Of a DNA stretch of 64,000 nucleotides, positions 11,111 to 22,415 are shown one piece after another. The stretch lies in assembly GCA_000004985.1 (NCBI GenBank), contig GG738853.1. One strand, 5' to 3'. A program made the position numbers and the translations under genes. Source of the DNA: Naegleria gruberi (lineage: Eukaryota). The notes under the pieces are model-generated. The model did not search any database. It was not told the origin of the DNA and saw nothing but the letters and a program-made list of their open reading frames with translations. Numbering within the stretch: position 1 is the first letter of the stretch; every line of letters starts with the position of its first letter.

Positions 11111-12299
11111 ATGTCTACTCCGACAATGACAGCAGAGTTTGACGATAGTCATTTAACTACGTTTAAATTTGGACAGTCTGATGCTCATATGCATGACTCA
11201 CTCGATCCTTCCCAATGGAAAATAACAGATTTTGAATTGTTAGAAATTATTGGTACTGGTACTTTTGGTAGTGTTAGATTAGTTAAACATAAACATACAC
11301 AACAATACTATGCTATGAAAATTATTAAAAAGTATGATGTAATTAGAATGAAACAAGTAGAACATATCATTAGTGAGAAGAATATTCTCTCTCAAGTTGA
11401 TCATCCTTTCATTGTTAGACTTTATAGAACATTCCAAGATGAAAATTATTTATTCATGATTATGGAATATGTGTGCGGAGGTGAATTGTTTTCACATTTG
11501 AGACGTGTTGGTAAATTCCCTAATGATGTTGCAAAGTTTTATGCTGCTGAAATTATTTTAGCTATGGAATATCTTCATATGAAGAATATTGTTTATCGTG
11601 ATTTGAAACCAGAAAATGTTTTATTAGATAATGATGGTCATGTAAAAATTACTGATTTTGGTTTTGCTAAGAAGGTTCTTGACCGTACGTGGACTTTATG
11701 TGGTACTCCTGAATATTTAGCGTAGGTTTTTATTAATCTCTTAATATTTAAATTACTCTTTAATCTCTTAATCATAATGATAATACTCTTAATCATTCTG
11801 ATAATCTAAATCATCTAATTATTTTATTATGAATAGTCCTGAAATTATTCAATCTAAGGGTCATGGTAAAGCTGTTGACTGGTGGGCATTAGGTATTCTT
11901 ATTTATGAAATGTTAGTTGGTTATCCACCATTCTTTGATGATTCACCTTTCAAAATTTATGAAAAGATTTTACAAGGAAAGGTTGAATTTCCAAGATTTA
12001 TGGATCCAATGGCTCGTGATTTAATTAAACGTCTCTTAACTACAGATAAGATGAAACGTTTGGGTAATTTGAAAGGAGGTGCTGCTGATATTAAGGAACA
12101 CAAATGGTTTAAGGGTGTTGATTGGGATGAATTATATAATAGACAAATTGCATCTCCAATTCCTGTCAAGATTAGTTTTGCAGGTGATTCTAGATACTTT
12201 GAAACTTATCCGGAATCTCAAGATCATTGTATTCACCACACTGGTACTCCACATCAACAATTATCTGCTGATGTTCAAGCTCTATTTGATGGTTTTTAA
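11111..12299 (+). CDS. AGC-family Ser/Thr kinase closest to the PKA catalytic subunit / PRKX. Exons are 11111..11721 and 11837..12299.
   Basis: [11 protein letters not shown]...[37 protein letters not shown]|[39 protein letters not shown] and C-terminal FETYPE. A GTAGGT donor at 11722 and an aatAG acceptor at 11836 rejoin the frame as GCT Ala. Alignment to human PRKX is close throughout. Confidence 0.85.
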
Positions 12300-13977
12300 T
12301 TTTTATTAAATGTATGTGAGAATACTGTATATACATCAAATAAAGTTATACATATTGTCACTGTACTTTTACTAAACAAGGTTTTAAACACTTGTTTCCA
12401 TTCATTTGTAAATAATGATTGAATAGTTTTCAAATCAATAACAATGTCAATAAAACACCAAAATCTAATCCATTCACAACCCCAATCTAATTCAATTGGA
12501 ATTCTAATGACTTGTTCCCTTGTTAATGATGGTGGTGAGGTTGGTGATGGTGATTCATCATGATTTTTATCATTATTCATTGTTTCATCTCCATTTGTTG
12601 TAGCAGTAGTAGTTGAATCATTTCCATTCACCGTCATTGTATCATCATTATTTTCATTATAATAAGAATTATCAAATTCAATTGACCATCTAGATCTAAA
12701 ACCAATACTAAATAAATATAATTGTTCATAAAATTTTGAAGTCATGTAATAAAATAGAGTATTATAAAATTTTCCATACGATTGAAATAAACCTCCAACA
12801 GAATGTTCAGCAGTTGCAACTTGTAAATCAATGAAATAACGTAAAATTTTAGAAATTTGAACAAGAATATTTCTACACTTGTTAATTAAATGAATAATTC
12901 TATTCAATTTTGATAAATAATTCATATTATTAGAATTTTTATAATTATTTAAAATTCTCAATTCAGGTAAAAGTTCATTATCTAAAATAGGAGGTGGTGG
13001 TAATTCAACTTTAGAAAAAACTTCTTGTTGATCATAATATTCTTTCCATTTTTGTAAAAATACTTGTTGTGAATTTTCTGAAAAAGGAGTCCATAATAAA
13101 CCTCTTTTTGTTAAAGAAATATTAAAATCATTTAATAAATTTGATCTAATTTGTAAACTATATCCTTTTATAGAAGTAGAAATTCCATAAATTAATTTTT
13201 TAAAATTATGAAAATTCATAATTGATAAACTTAAATATAAATATCTTGCTAAATAAGGAATATAAAATTTTCTTCTTAACATTAATTTAGTAATAAAATC
13301 TTTAATTTTCATTTGATATCCAAAATTAGTAGATAATTTATATTTACCAAAAATAAAACCAATATAATTAATTAAAATTAAATATAATTTTGATTTTTCA
13401 TTAAAAGGTTTATGTAAATGTAATTTAAATATACCATATATATATTTCATATCTAAATATTTAAATAATTTTTTAAAATAATTTTTAAAATAATTTATAT
13501 TTTTTTCATTTAATTTAATTTTATATTTAAATGTTTCTCTATTTGTATAATTTTCATTTCCAATATTAGAATTAAATGTATTATAAAAGGAAGTATATTG
13601 ATTATATTCTTCTTCTTGTTCTCTTTGCATTTCTTCAATATCATCATCTTGATAATAAATATTATTTCCATCTTTGGTAATATTATATATATCATAATGA
13701 TATTCACTTCCAATTGAATATCCTATTTTTTTATCTAATTGAATAAAACTTTATATATTTTATAATAATATTTAAAAATTATATTTAATTAATATTAAAA
13801 TTATATTTAATTAATATTATATTTAAATTAAAAAAAAACATACTTTATAGGTATTTGTAAATTATGAGTAGGATAACATCTCATTGAAATATCAAATGTA
13901 GCATATTCTAAATCCCATGGATGTGTATCTTCATAAGAATCCCAATTTAATGATGCATTTAATTTATATATTTCCAT
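12296..13977 (-). CDS. Hypothetical protein of about 529 aa. Exons on the minus strand are 13977..13844 and 13748..12296.
   Basis: ATG at 13977 (MEIYKLNASLNWDSYEDTHPWDLEYATFDISMRCYPTHNLQIPI), GTATGT donor, 95-nt AT-rich intron, taaAG acceptor, then the long ORF. The stop codon overlaps the stop codon of the convergent kinase gene. Confidence 0.5.
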
Positions 13978-14317
13978 TTTTTAATATTATTATTAATATT
14001 AATATATTATTATATTATTATTAGTATGTTATCAATTAGTTATATTGTTGAATTATGTTATTATATTGTTTGTTACATGAATTCCGAGAGTATGATCATT
14101 ATTTGTTGTTGTTGTTGTTGTTGTTGTAAATATAACAATAGAAGTGATGTTATTTTTTTCACGTATTAATGAAGGCTTGTTTCTAATTCAACATTATTAT
14201 CATCATAATAAAGTTTCAATGAATAATTTAAAGAAGAAATAAACATTGGAATTCAAATGTCCAAGTCTAGACTTGAGAATAATTGAATGGCCATTAGAAA
14301 GAATTTTCATGACATTA

Positions 14318-14327
14318 TTCCCGCCAT
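14318..14327 (+). promoter_or_regulatory. TTCCCGCCAT motif about 85 bp upstream of the RIIa-domain gene
   Basis: Third identical copy of the decamer. Confidence 0.3.
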
Positions 14328-14411
14328 AAATTAAATCTACAGTTGTTTTATTCAAATATTAAAAAAAAAGTGTAAATAATTGAGGAGGGAAATTTTAAGA
14401 AAATAATAATA

Positions 14412-14539
14412 ATGGACAATCAAGTGTTGTATTCAGCAGAACAAATTCAAATTCCCAATGATTTAGGAGAAGTTCTTAAACAATATACAAAGGATGCTAT
14501 CAGAGCCTCACCAGCTGATTTGATCCGATGGAGTGCAAA
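14412..14539 (+). CDS. First exon of a small RIIa (PKA regulatory-subunit dimerisation/docking-like) domain protein; the 3' structure is unresolved
   Basis: MDNQVLYSAEQIQIPNDLGEVLKQYTKDAIRASPADLIRWSA followed by a GTAAGT donor at 14540. Compare the RIIa consensus IPxGLxELLxxYTxEVLRxxPxDLxxFAxxYF. Candidate acceptors at about 14570 or 14617 give different short tails. Confidence 0.45.
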
Positions 14540-14880
14540 GTAAGTATTATTATTCCATATAATCAATAATTTAGCCTTCCTTACATGAAACAGTTATTTT
14601 GCAACCAAGACTAATAAACCACTTCCATTCCCTAATGTTCCTCTCACTAACACTACCCCTACTAGTACTACTGCTCAAAGTAAATAATAGAAATATTAAT
14701 AGCAAAATGACGTTTGTTGCCAACTCACACAATGTAAATATCTCGAAAACATCTTCCTAATAATATATCATTGCCCAACAATGCATATTGTTCAATACAG
14801 CAAATAACTGTAATTGTCTTGCAAAACACGTATTGGTGATTTCATCATTCAATTTGAAAATAAAAATAGCAAACAAAAAA

Positions 14881-16453
14881 ATGAAAATATTTAAACTTTT
14901 AATTGTATTATTATTTTTGATTTCATCAATAGTACTTGTTGCTAATTGTTCAGATGCTACTTCAACTGCTGGTAGTGAAAATATAGAAATTAAAAGTAAA
15001 TTAAATGATCAACAAAATACATATACACAAGATTCATTATTGGGAAATGGTATTTTAACTGGAATTAAAAAGGATGGAACAATTGATAGTATTATTGCTC
15101 AATATAAACAATTAGATAATGAATATATTAAATCTAATAATATTGATAATGGTGATGAAAAGAAGGAAGATATTACAATTGAAAATCCATCAGTAACAAC
15201 TCCTACAACACCTACTACTACACCAACAACAACAACACCACCTATTGATATTACAACACCATCATTACCTAGTACTGTTAATAATCCAATTGATGAAAAA
15301 CCAAAAGATATTGAATTGCCACCATTGGAAGAAAAGAAATCATCAACTGAATCATCAAAACCAACAGTTGATACTCCAACAACAACAACAAAAACAACAA
15401 CAACTACTACTACAACTCCATTACAAGATAAACCTGGAAAGGAAGAAGAATCAGCTGCTGAACAAAAATTGAGAGAAGAAATTAGTAAACTTAAGGCTAA
15501 ACTTGAAGAAATTCAAAAGAAGGAACAAGAAAAGTCAACACCAACAGCACCAATTGAAAAACAAAATAAGCCTATTACAATTGAAAATCCATCACCAGTA
15601 ATAACTCCTACAACAACAACAACTCAACCAAAGGCTGAAAAATCAATTGAAACTACTAAACCATCTACAACTACTACTACTACACCTTCTAAACCATCTA
15701 CAACTACAACTACAACTATTCCATCTAAAATTGATAATAAGAGTAGTACTCCAAGTAAACAGACAACATCATCTACTACTAGTAAAACATCGACAACAAC
15801 AACAACTCCTAATACTACTACTAACAAATCAACAACAACAACTACACCAACAAACAAACAATCATCATCTACTACTAGTAGCAGTTCATCATCAACAAGT
15901 AAATCATCTTCCAAATCAAAGAATAAGTCTACAACAAGTAGTACAACAAGTAAGAATAAGACTAAACCATCAAGTACTTCTCCAACTACCAACAACAAAC
16001 AATCATCATCTGCTAGTACTACTTCTACAACTCCGACAACAAAAACTCCAACAACAACAACAACTCCAAGTAACAAACAATCATACTACCACTGGTTCTA
16101 CTACTACTACTTCCAATACTAATAAACCAAGTAGTACTACTTCTACAACAACAACTCCAAGTAACAAACAACCAATTCAACCTAATAAGAATACAGTTGT
16201 ACGTCCAACACTTAAAGAAGAAGAAGAAAAGAATAATGGAATATCACAAGTATTTATATTTGGATTTGGTATAATTCTATTTTTAGTAATTATTGCAATT
16301 TTCTTTTTATTTATGAGAAAGAGAAAACCAACATTAAAATATGAACCAGTTTCACAATATGAAAATGATTCAATTCAAAATAATGATAATTCCATTGTTG
16401 AATTAGATGATAAACATAAAGTAATTAATGAACCTGTTGATTTGGAAATTTAA
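14881..16453 (+). CDS. Mucin-like Thr/Ser/Pro-rich type I membrane glycoprotein, with an apparent frame break in the repeat region
   Basis: Signal peptide MKIFKLLIVLLFLISSIVLVANCS, long TTTPTT/SSS repeats and a coiled KLREEISKLKAKLEEIQKKEQEK segment. The TM anchor ISQVFIFGFGIILFLVIIAIFFLFMRKRKP and tail are in a different frame (ORF 15647-16453). Both frames are open across 15647-16122. Confidence 0.55.
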
Positions 16454-16846
16454 ATAAATTCAAATATTATATATTACAATTATTATGTTATGTGTGTGTA
16501 TTTATTATTATTATAAAGTATTATTAATGGAGTGTGTGTATATTACAGTTAATCTAATATCAATGATTCAATCAAATAATTACATAAAAAAATTAACAAT
16601 AAAAAAAATGTCCAATCAACATGATTCCGATTCCAATTCATCATCATCATCATCTAAACAACAATTACATCATGATTCAAATAATTCAAATAATTCAAAT
16701 AATTCAAATAATATAATACAAATAATAATAATTCAAATATAAAAAAAACAAGATTTGAACGTGAAATTGAATCATTAACAAAACAAACGATTGAATTAGA
16801 AAATGTAGAAAATAAATTAAAACAATTATTTCCACAAGAATATGCA

Positions 16847-17299
16847 ATGAATAATTCAAACAAATTTGAAAATGATCAAATATTAAGACATCAAGATCCA
16901 ACTGTTAAATATTTTACTTTAATTGGAGGTTCAATTGGTGCAATTTCAAGTGCTTATTTACTTTATCAACCAATTGATAAATTTGGAAGATTATTTTTTA
17001 AACAATTTACTTCAAATTATAGAATTAGATATTATTTTACAATTCCAACTTTTACTTTTTTAACAATTACTATAAGTGGTATTTTATCAGGTTTATATCC
17101 ATATGGTACACATAGAATTATGAAATTTTTAAATAATCAATTTAATATTGATGTTAATGATAATTTTGATGATTTTTTAATTTCTGGTTTACCTTTAACT
17201 AAAAATGATTTACTTTCTCATTTAAATAAATTTAATAATAATAATAATAATAAATTAATTATTAATAATTTAATTATAATAAAATTAAAATTAAATTAA
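16847..17299 (+). CDS. Small two-TM protein; a possible 5' extension to the ATG at about 16609 through a poly-Asn tract involves a frame change
   Basis: ORF with TM segments GGSIGAISSAYLLYQ and FTFLTITISGILSGLYPYG. The upstream ORF MSNQHDSDSNSSSSSSKQQLHHDSNNSNN... runs into (AAT)n and stops at 16742. The 16847 frame stays open back to 16712 and reads EREIESLTKQTIELENVENKLKQLFPQEYAM. Confidence 0.45.
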   Translation: MNNSNKFENDQILRHQDPTVKYFTLIGGSIGAISSAYLLYQPIDKFGRLFFKQFTSNYRIRYYFTIPTFTFLTITISGILSGLYPYGTHRIMKFLNNQFNIDVNDNFDDFLISGLPLTKNDLLSHLNKFNNNNNNKLIINNLIIIKLKLN

Positions 17300-17319
17300 T
17301 ATTATGTTTAAAATTATTT

Positions 17320-18462
17320 TTATTTATTTAAATTAATATATTTAACATTTAATTCAATACCATTATTACTTTGATTTCTAAAAATGGAATTAAAATTATC
17401 ATTTTTTAAATTATTTGAATAATCAAATGCAATTCCCATACTTTCAGTACTAAAAGTATAACCAAATTCTAATTGATCATAATCAGTAACTTTACATGAT
17501 AAACATCCAATTTTTCTTTCATTTGTAAAATTAATTAAATTACCATAAATAGAAAATAAAGCTTGTTCCATTGGAATTTCAAATATTTTATCAACTAGAT
17601 AATTTGACATTTGATTTAACATGATATCTTCACCAATTCCACTAAAATTACTTGCAATTTGTATAAAATTATCATTATCACTATCTTGTACATATTTAGT
17701 ATCTGAATAACATCCACTTCCATATATAGAAGCTTCACCAATTCTACCTGAATATTTTAATGATATTCCACCACTACTAACACCTGATGATAATATTCCA
17801 TTATAATATATTATACATCCAACTGTATCATATNNNNNNNNNNNNNNNNNNNNNNNNNNNNNNNNNNNNNNNNNNNNNNNNNNATTATTTAAATTATTTA
17901 TATTATTATTACCATTTATATTATTATTATTAAAATTATAAATAGATGAAAAACATAAACATGCATCACATTCAACTAAACCATTTCTATTTAAATTACT
18001 ACCATATCCAGCATTTGTAAATGGTGAATTTTCTAAAATAGAAATAGCATATGAACATGCATTTAAACATTTTTTTATTTTTTCATTTTCATCATTTTTA
18101 TTTATAAATTTACTATTATTTAAATTATTTAAATTATTAAAATATTGATTAATAGTTTGTTGTATAGATTGTTTCATTAAATTTCTATATAAATTATTAT
18201 TATTAATAGAATGATATCCTGCTCCACAATGAACTGCAATAAAATATACATCATCTTCATCTTCATCATCTTTTAAATCATTATTTAAATCATTATTTAA
18301 ATTATTATATTCTATTATTTCATTATTATTATTATTATCTTGTTGTTGTTGAATAGATAAAGATGATGATGATGAATTATTCCGATCAACATGTTGATGA
18401 TGATTAACTTGTTCACTCATTTTTTTAAAGTTTATAATAGAAAAAAACAAATTGTAACACAC
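17320..18462 (-). CDS. Asparaginase-2 / taspase-like N-terminal-nucleophile hydrolase; the ORF spans a 50-N assembly gap. The likely true start is MSEQ at 18423.
   Basis: VYFIAVHCGAGYHS and YDTVGCIIY...SSGGISLKYSGRIGEASIYGSGCYSD match the isoaspartyl-peptidase/taspase motifs (HGGAG, DTVG, GG..K..GR.G...GAG.Y). Confidence 0.6.
   Translation of the reverse strand: MCYNLFFSIINFKKMSEQVNHHQHVDRNNSSSSSLSIQQQQDNNNNNEIIEYNNLNNDLNNDLKDDEDEDDVYFIAVHCGAGYHSINNNNLYRNLMKQSIQQTINQYFNNLNNLNNSKFINKNDENEKIKKCLNACSYAISILENSPFTNAGYGSNLNRNGLVECDACLCFSSIYNFNNNNINGNNNINNLNNXXXXXXXXXXXXXXXXXYDTVGCIIYYNGILSSGVSSGGISLKYSGRIGEASIYGSGCYSDTKYVQDSDNDNFIQIASNFSGIGEDIMLNQMSNYLVDKIFEIPMEQALFSIYGNLINFTNERKIGCLSCKVTDYDQLEFGYTFSTESMGIAFDYSNNLKNDNFNSIFRNQSNNGIELNVKYINLNK
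17834..17883. other. Assembly gap (50 N)
   Basis: Run of n characters. Confidence 1.
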
Positions 18463-18582
18463 AACTATTTCAAATTTAATTTTATTACATTTTCAATACA
18501 TACAATACTTTTAATACATATGATTCAGATTACAAAATATATAAATAAATATATAAACACATAATAATAAATATATAAAATA

Positions 18583-19836
18583 TTATTGTAAAATATTATA
18601 CATTAATAATTCTAAAATATTTGTAATTAAAATAACATGTTTACAACTTTGTATATTTTTAGAATCACATACTAATAATGGTAATTGATAATTAATAGCT
18701 AATTCAATAGAATTATTTAATAAATTTAAATGATTATTATTTAAATATTTAATTAAATTATTTTCATTTTCATTATTAAAAGTATTTAATAACATTATTT
18801 CCATTACATCTAATTGTTCTTCATCATCTTTAAATTTACTACCAATTAATGAATTTGATTTTACTTTTAATCCATTTATAGATTCATTTGTATCTAATTT
18901 CCATATTGGTATATTTAATAAATTATTTAAATTTTCATTAAATAAATAAATTACATAAGTTTTACCTGAATATAAATTTGCTGAAAATATTGATTTTCTT
19001 GAATGTGGTGATTTTATACCACCATGATCTTGAAATGATATTTGTATATATTTACTATTATTATTATTATTATTATTACTATTTATAGAATTATTTAAAT
19101 TATTAAATTCAATTAAATTATTATTATTATTAATAAATAATTCAAATGATTTCATTACAATTCTAAAATCAATAGTTTGATCATATTTATTAAAATCTTG
19201 ATCAATTTTATCACAAATATTATTAACAAATTTAGATTTACCTGTTTTAGAATTACCTTTTACATGAATTCTAAAAAATAAATTAGTTAAATCATCTGAT
19301 CTATTATTAAATTGTGTTTTTGTAATTTCTTTAAATTTAAAATAATATTTTGTAATTGTTTGACATAAAATTCTTTCATTTTTTAAATTATTTAATTTTA
19401 AATTTTTAATTTTATCAGAATTAAATGGAAAATATAATATTCCAATTTCATTTTTTAATAAATATTTCCATATTTGATCACATGGTGTTTTTATTTCATT
19501 ATTTAAATTATTATTTAAAATAGATTGACCACAAATATATTCATACCAATCTTTATTTAACATTGATAATAATGTTAATTCATAAGTATTTAAAAATGAT
19601 ATTATTTCAAATGTCATTTCATGTGTTAAATCAAAATTATTATTAAATATAAATGAAATTGTTTTAATTGATGTACTTGTTGTTGTAGTTGTTGTACTTG
19701 TAGTTGTAGTAGTAGTTGTATTATTATCATTATTATCATTGTTATCATTGTTAATAGTAGTTGTATTATTATCAATTAAATGATGATCGGAAGGATCTTC
19801 TTGTTGATCAATAATAATATGATTATTGTTGATCAT
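18583..19836 (-). CDS. F-box-like protein with a P-loop NTPase-like segment, 417 aa
   Basis: FEIISFLNTYELTLLSMLNKDWYEYI is F-box-like; GNSKTGKS fits Walker A GxxxxGKS; poly-Thr and poly-Asn tracts. Confidence 0.5.
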   Translation of the reverse strand: MINNNHIIIDQQEDPSDHHLIDNNTTTINNDNNDNNDNNTTTTTTTSTTTTTTSTSIKTISFIFNNNFDLTHEMTFEIISFLNTYELTLLSMLNKDWYEYICGQSILNNNLNNEIKTPCDQIWKYLLKNEIGILYFPFNSDKIKNLKLNNLKNERILCQTITKYYFKFKEITKTQFNNRSDDLTNLFFRIHVKGNSKTGKSKFVNNICDKIDQDFNKYDQTIDFRIVMKSFELFINNNNNLIEFNNLNNSINSNNNNNNNSKYIQISFQDHGGIKSPHSRKSIFSANLYSGKTYVIYLFNENLNNLLNIPIWKLDTNESINGLKVKSNSLIGSKFKDDEEQLDVMEIMLLNTFNNENENNLIKYLNNNHLNLLNNSIELAINYQLPLLVCDSKNIQSCKHVILITNILELLMYNILQ

Positions 19837-21308
19837 TTTTTTTTAATTTGATAGAGAAATGTGTGGATTGTATGAGTAGAAGAAATTGTACAAAGAATAA
19901 TAAGAACATGGAACAATTACATGTTCAGTGTTCAACATATCCTCAAAAGCATTTAAAGGAAAACAGCTGTTTTGTGACATCAATTGCTGGTGGTTTCTTG
20001 CATGGATTCGTATATAAGTGGCTCTTATGAGTCCTCAATCCATGATTCTGCTTATTGTTCCAACTGAACCAAAGAATAAGGATGTTAATCATTCAGTTGT
20101 AAATTACTGAAAAGTTTTCTGAATTGGAAGAACATTAAAAGGTCAAACATTTAGAAGATCAAATTCAAATTGAGAAAAAGATAAGAACAAGAAGGATAGA
20201 CAAGAGGAAGCCAGACATAAGAAGGATGTAGAAGACAGAAAGAAGAAGGAAGAGGAAGATCGTTTGAGAAAAGCCCAATTAGAAGAGGATGATTAGAAGA
20301 TGAAAGAAAGAGAAAAGCCTAAATTGAAGAAGAACGTAGGAGAAAGGCAGATTTGGAAGAGGAAAACAAGAAGAGCAACCTGCTCAAGAGGAAGAGGAAA
20401 AGAAAAAGGTTAAATGAGTGAGGTCATGAAAGATCTCCTTTCCAAGTCTGCAACAGAAGTACTCGTTATCAATCATTTGAAGGAATTAACGTCGATTACA
20501 AGGCCTCATTCATCATCATTTTTTGGAAAATACTTTAATAGCTTGGTTTTGTAAACTTTGGAGAGGATCGCAATTTTGGCGTCGATTTGATGTAAATGGA
20601 ACCACAAGGATTGAGCACAAATATTCGTTATGGTAAACAAAATCATTATGTTATCAAACAAACTAGCCGTTCCATTTTAAAATGTAGATTTCGTCTAGAT
20701 GGAACCACCAAAGGTGAGTCAACACGTGCCGATTTCACAACATATTACAATCGTTCCAAGCTGTTGGCCAATCGACAAATTAGCACATAATTTCATAATA
20801 GCGCAATATGATTATTTCACCTACCATTTGGACTACTCATAATTTATCCTTATAATAGAGTTACTTATCTTAACCACTTTGATTTTGTATTCTACTCTTC
20901 TGTTAAAAATATTTGATGATCCTTGGATTCTGTTACTGGTAGTACACTTACACTAAATACTTACGTTGTCTGTCCTGCATGTCTGTTCTGCGACCATTCT
21001 ATGAAGTTTCAAAATGAATTGTGTAAATAATATGCCAATGTCAGAAAAGCAAAGCAACAATTCGATATGTAAAGTTTAAAACAAAATTGAACGCATATGT
21101 ATTCAGAGATATGGTATCTTTAACAATCTTCAGTAGTTATTTTGTTTTACACACTTACACAATTTTGTAGATTCAGTAATGCATTTCTACTCACAAATGA
21201 GAACTGTACTGATTAACGAAGCTGACCCTCCAAACCAATAAAGAAAAATTGAATATTTTGTTTATTTTATTCCGAAAGTTCTAAGTCAATGGTTTTCCAT
21301 TTGGCCAA

Positions 21309-22415
21309 TCAGGCATCTTCATCTTCTTTATATTGAAAGTCTTTGTTGTGATCTTTTAATTGGTTCATTTCACTCAAGTATTTTGTTCCTTCATCACCAA
21401 TATAGTTGTTGTTAATATAAAGATACATTATTTCTTTCAATTCACTTATGTATTTAACTCCTTCATCTCTAATCTTATTGTAGGAAATATCAAGATGGGT
21501 CAATTGTTTCAATCCACTCAAATATTTAATTCCTTCATCACCAATGTCATTACAAGAAATATCAAGATCCATTAATTGTTTCAATTCACATAAATATTTA
21601 GCTCCCTCATCACCAATTTGATTGTTAGAAATATTAAGAAGTATTAAATGTTTTAATTCACTTAAATATTTTGCTCCTTCATTTCCAATTTGATTGTTAT
21701 TAATATAAAGATCAGTTAATTGTTTCAATTCTCCAATATATTTAGATCCTTCATCACCTATACGATTATCTTGAATATTAAGATAGGTCAATTGTTTTAA
21801 TTCACTTAAATATTTTGCTCCTTCATCATCAATATTATTTTTATCAATAATAAGAATGGTCAATTGTTTCAATTCACTTATATATTTTGATCCTTTAGCA
21901 CCAATATTATTTTTATCAATAATAAGAAAAGTTAATTGTTTCAATTCACTTAAATATTTAGCTCCATATTCAGAAATACCATTATTACGAATATCAAGAG
22001 TGGTCAATTGTTTCAATTCACTTATAAATCTAACACCCTCATCACCTATATAACTATCATAAATATGAAGTTTTTTTAATTGTTTCAATTCACTTAAATG
22101 ATTTAATGCTTCTCCTTCTTTAATTCTAATTTTAAGTTTTGTTAATGATTTCATCATTTTTAATTTTTTAACAGTATTAATAGTGCTGGCAGTAGTACTA
22201 ACATGAAGATTACAACATGTTGATAAAATAACATTCAACCACTGTTTAGATACCAATGTACAATTCAAGATAATAAAATTAAAATCATCAAAGAAGGAAA
22301 TTATTTCATATATTATATCATTATGAAATTTATAATCATTGTGTGACAAGTTCTCCATCCTTGTTTGAACCATGTTAGTTGAATGTTGTGTACACAATGT
22401 TGGGAGTTTTTCCAT
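21309..22415 (-). CDS. F-box/leucine-rich-repeat protein (ribonuclease-inhibitor-type LRRs), 368 aa
   Basis: N-terminal IIYEIISFFDDFNFIILNCTLVSKQWLNVI, then about 11 tandem 24-aa units SELKQLTxLxIxxNxIGDEGAKYL. Confidence 0.7.
   Translation of the reverse strand: MEKLPTLCTQHSTNMVQTRMENLSHNDYKFHNDIIYEIISFFDDFNFIILNCTLVSKQWLNVILSTCCNLHVSTTASTINTVKKLKMMKSLTKLKIRIKEGEALNHLSELKQLKKLHIYDSYIGDEGVRFISELKQLTTLDIRNNGISEYGAKYLSELKQLTFLIIDKNNIGAKGSKYISELKQLTILIIDKNNIDDEGAKYLSELKQLTYLNIQDNRIGDEGSKYIGELKQLTDLYINNNQIGNEGAKYLSELKHLILLNISNNQIGDEGAKYLCELKQLMDLDISCNDIGDEGIKYLSGLKQLTHLDISYNKIRDEGVKYISELKEIMYLYINNNYIGDEGTKYLSEMNQLKDHNKDFQYKEDEDA
21350..22105. repeat. About 11 tandem 72-bp coding repeats (LRR units) inside the F-box/LRR gene
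   Basis: Periodicity visible in both the DNA (caattgtttcaattcacttaaatattt...) and the protein. Confidence 0.7.

Noticed and set aside
15245-16076. ORFs 15245-15472 (+), 15624-16076 (-) and the poly-Gln frame of 15647
   Set aside because: Alternative-frame and antisense shadows of the (ACA/ACT/TCA)n mucin repeat
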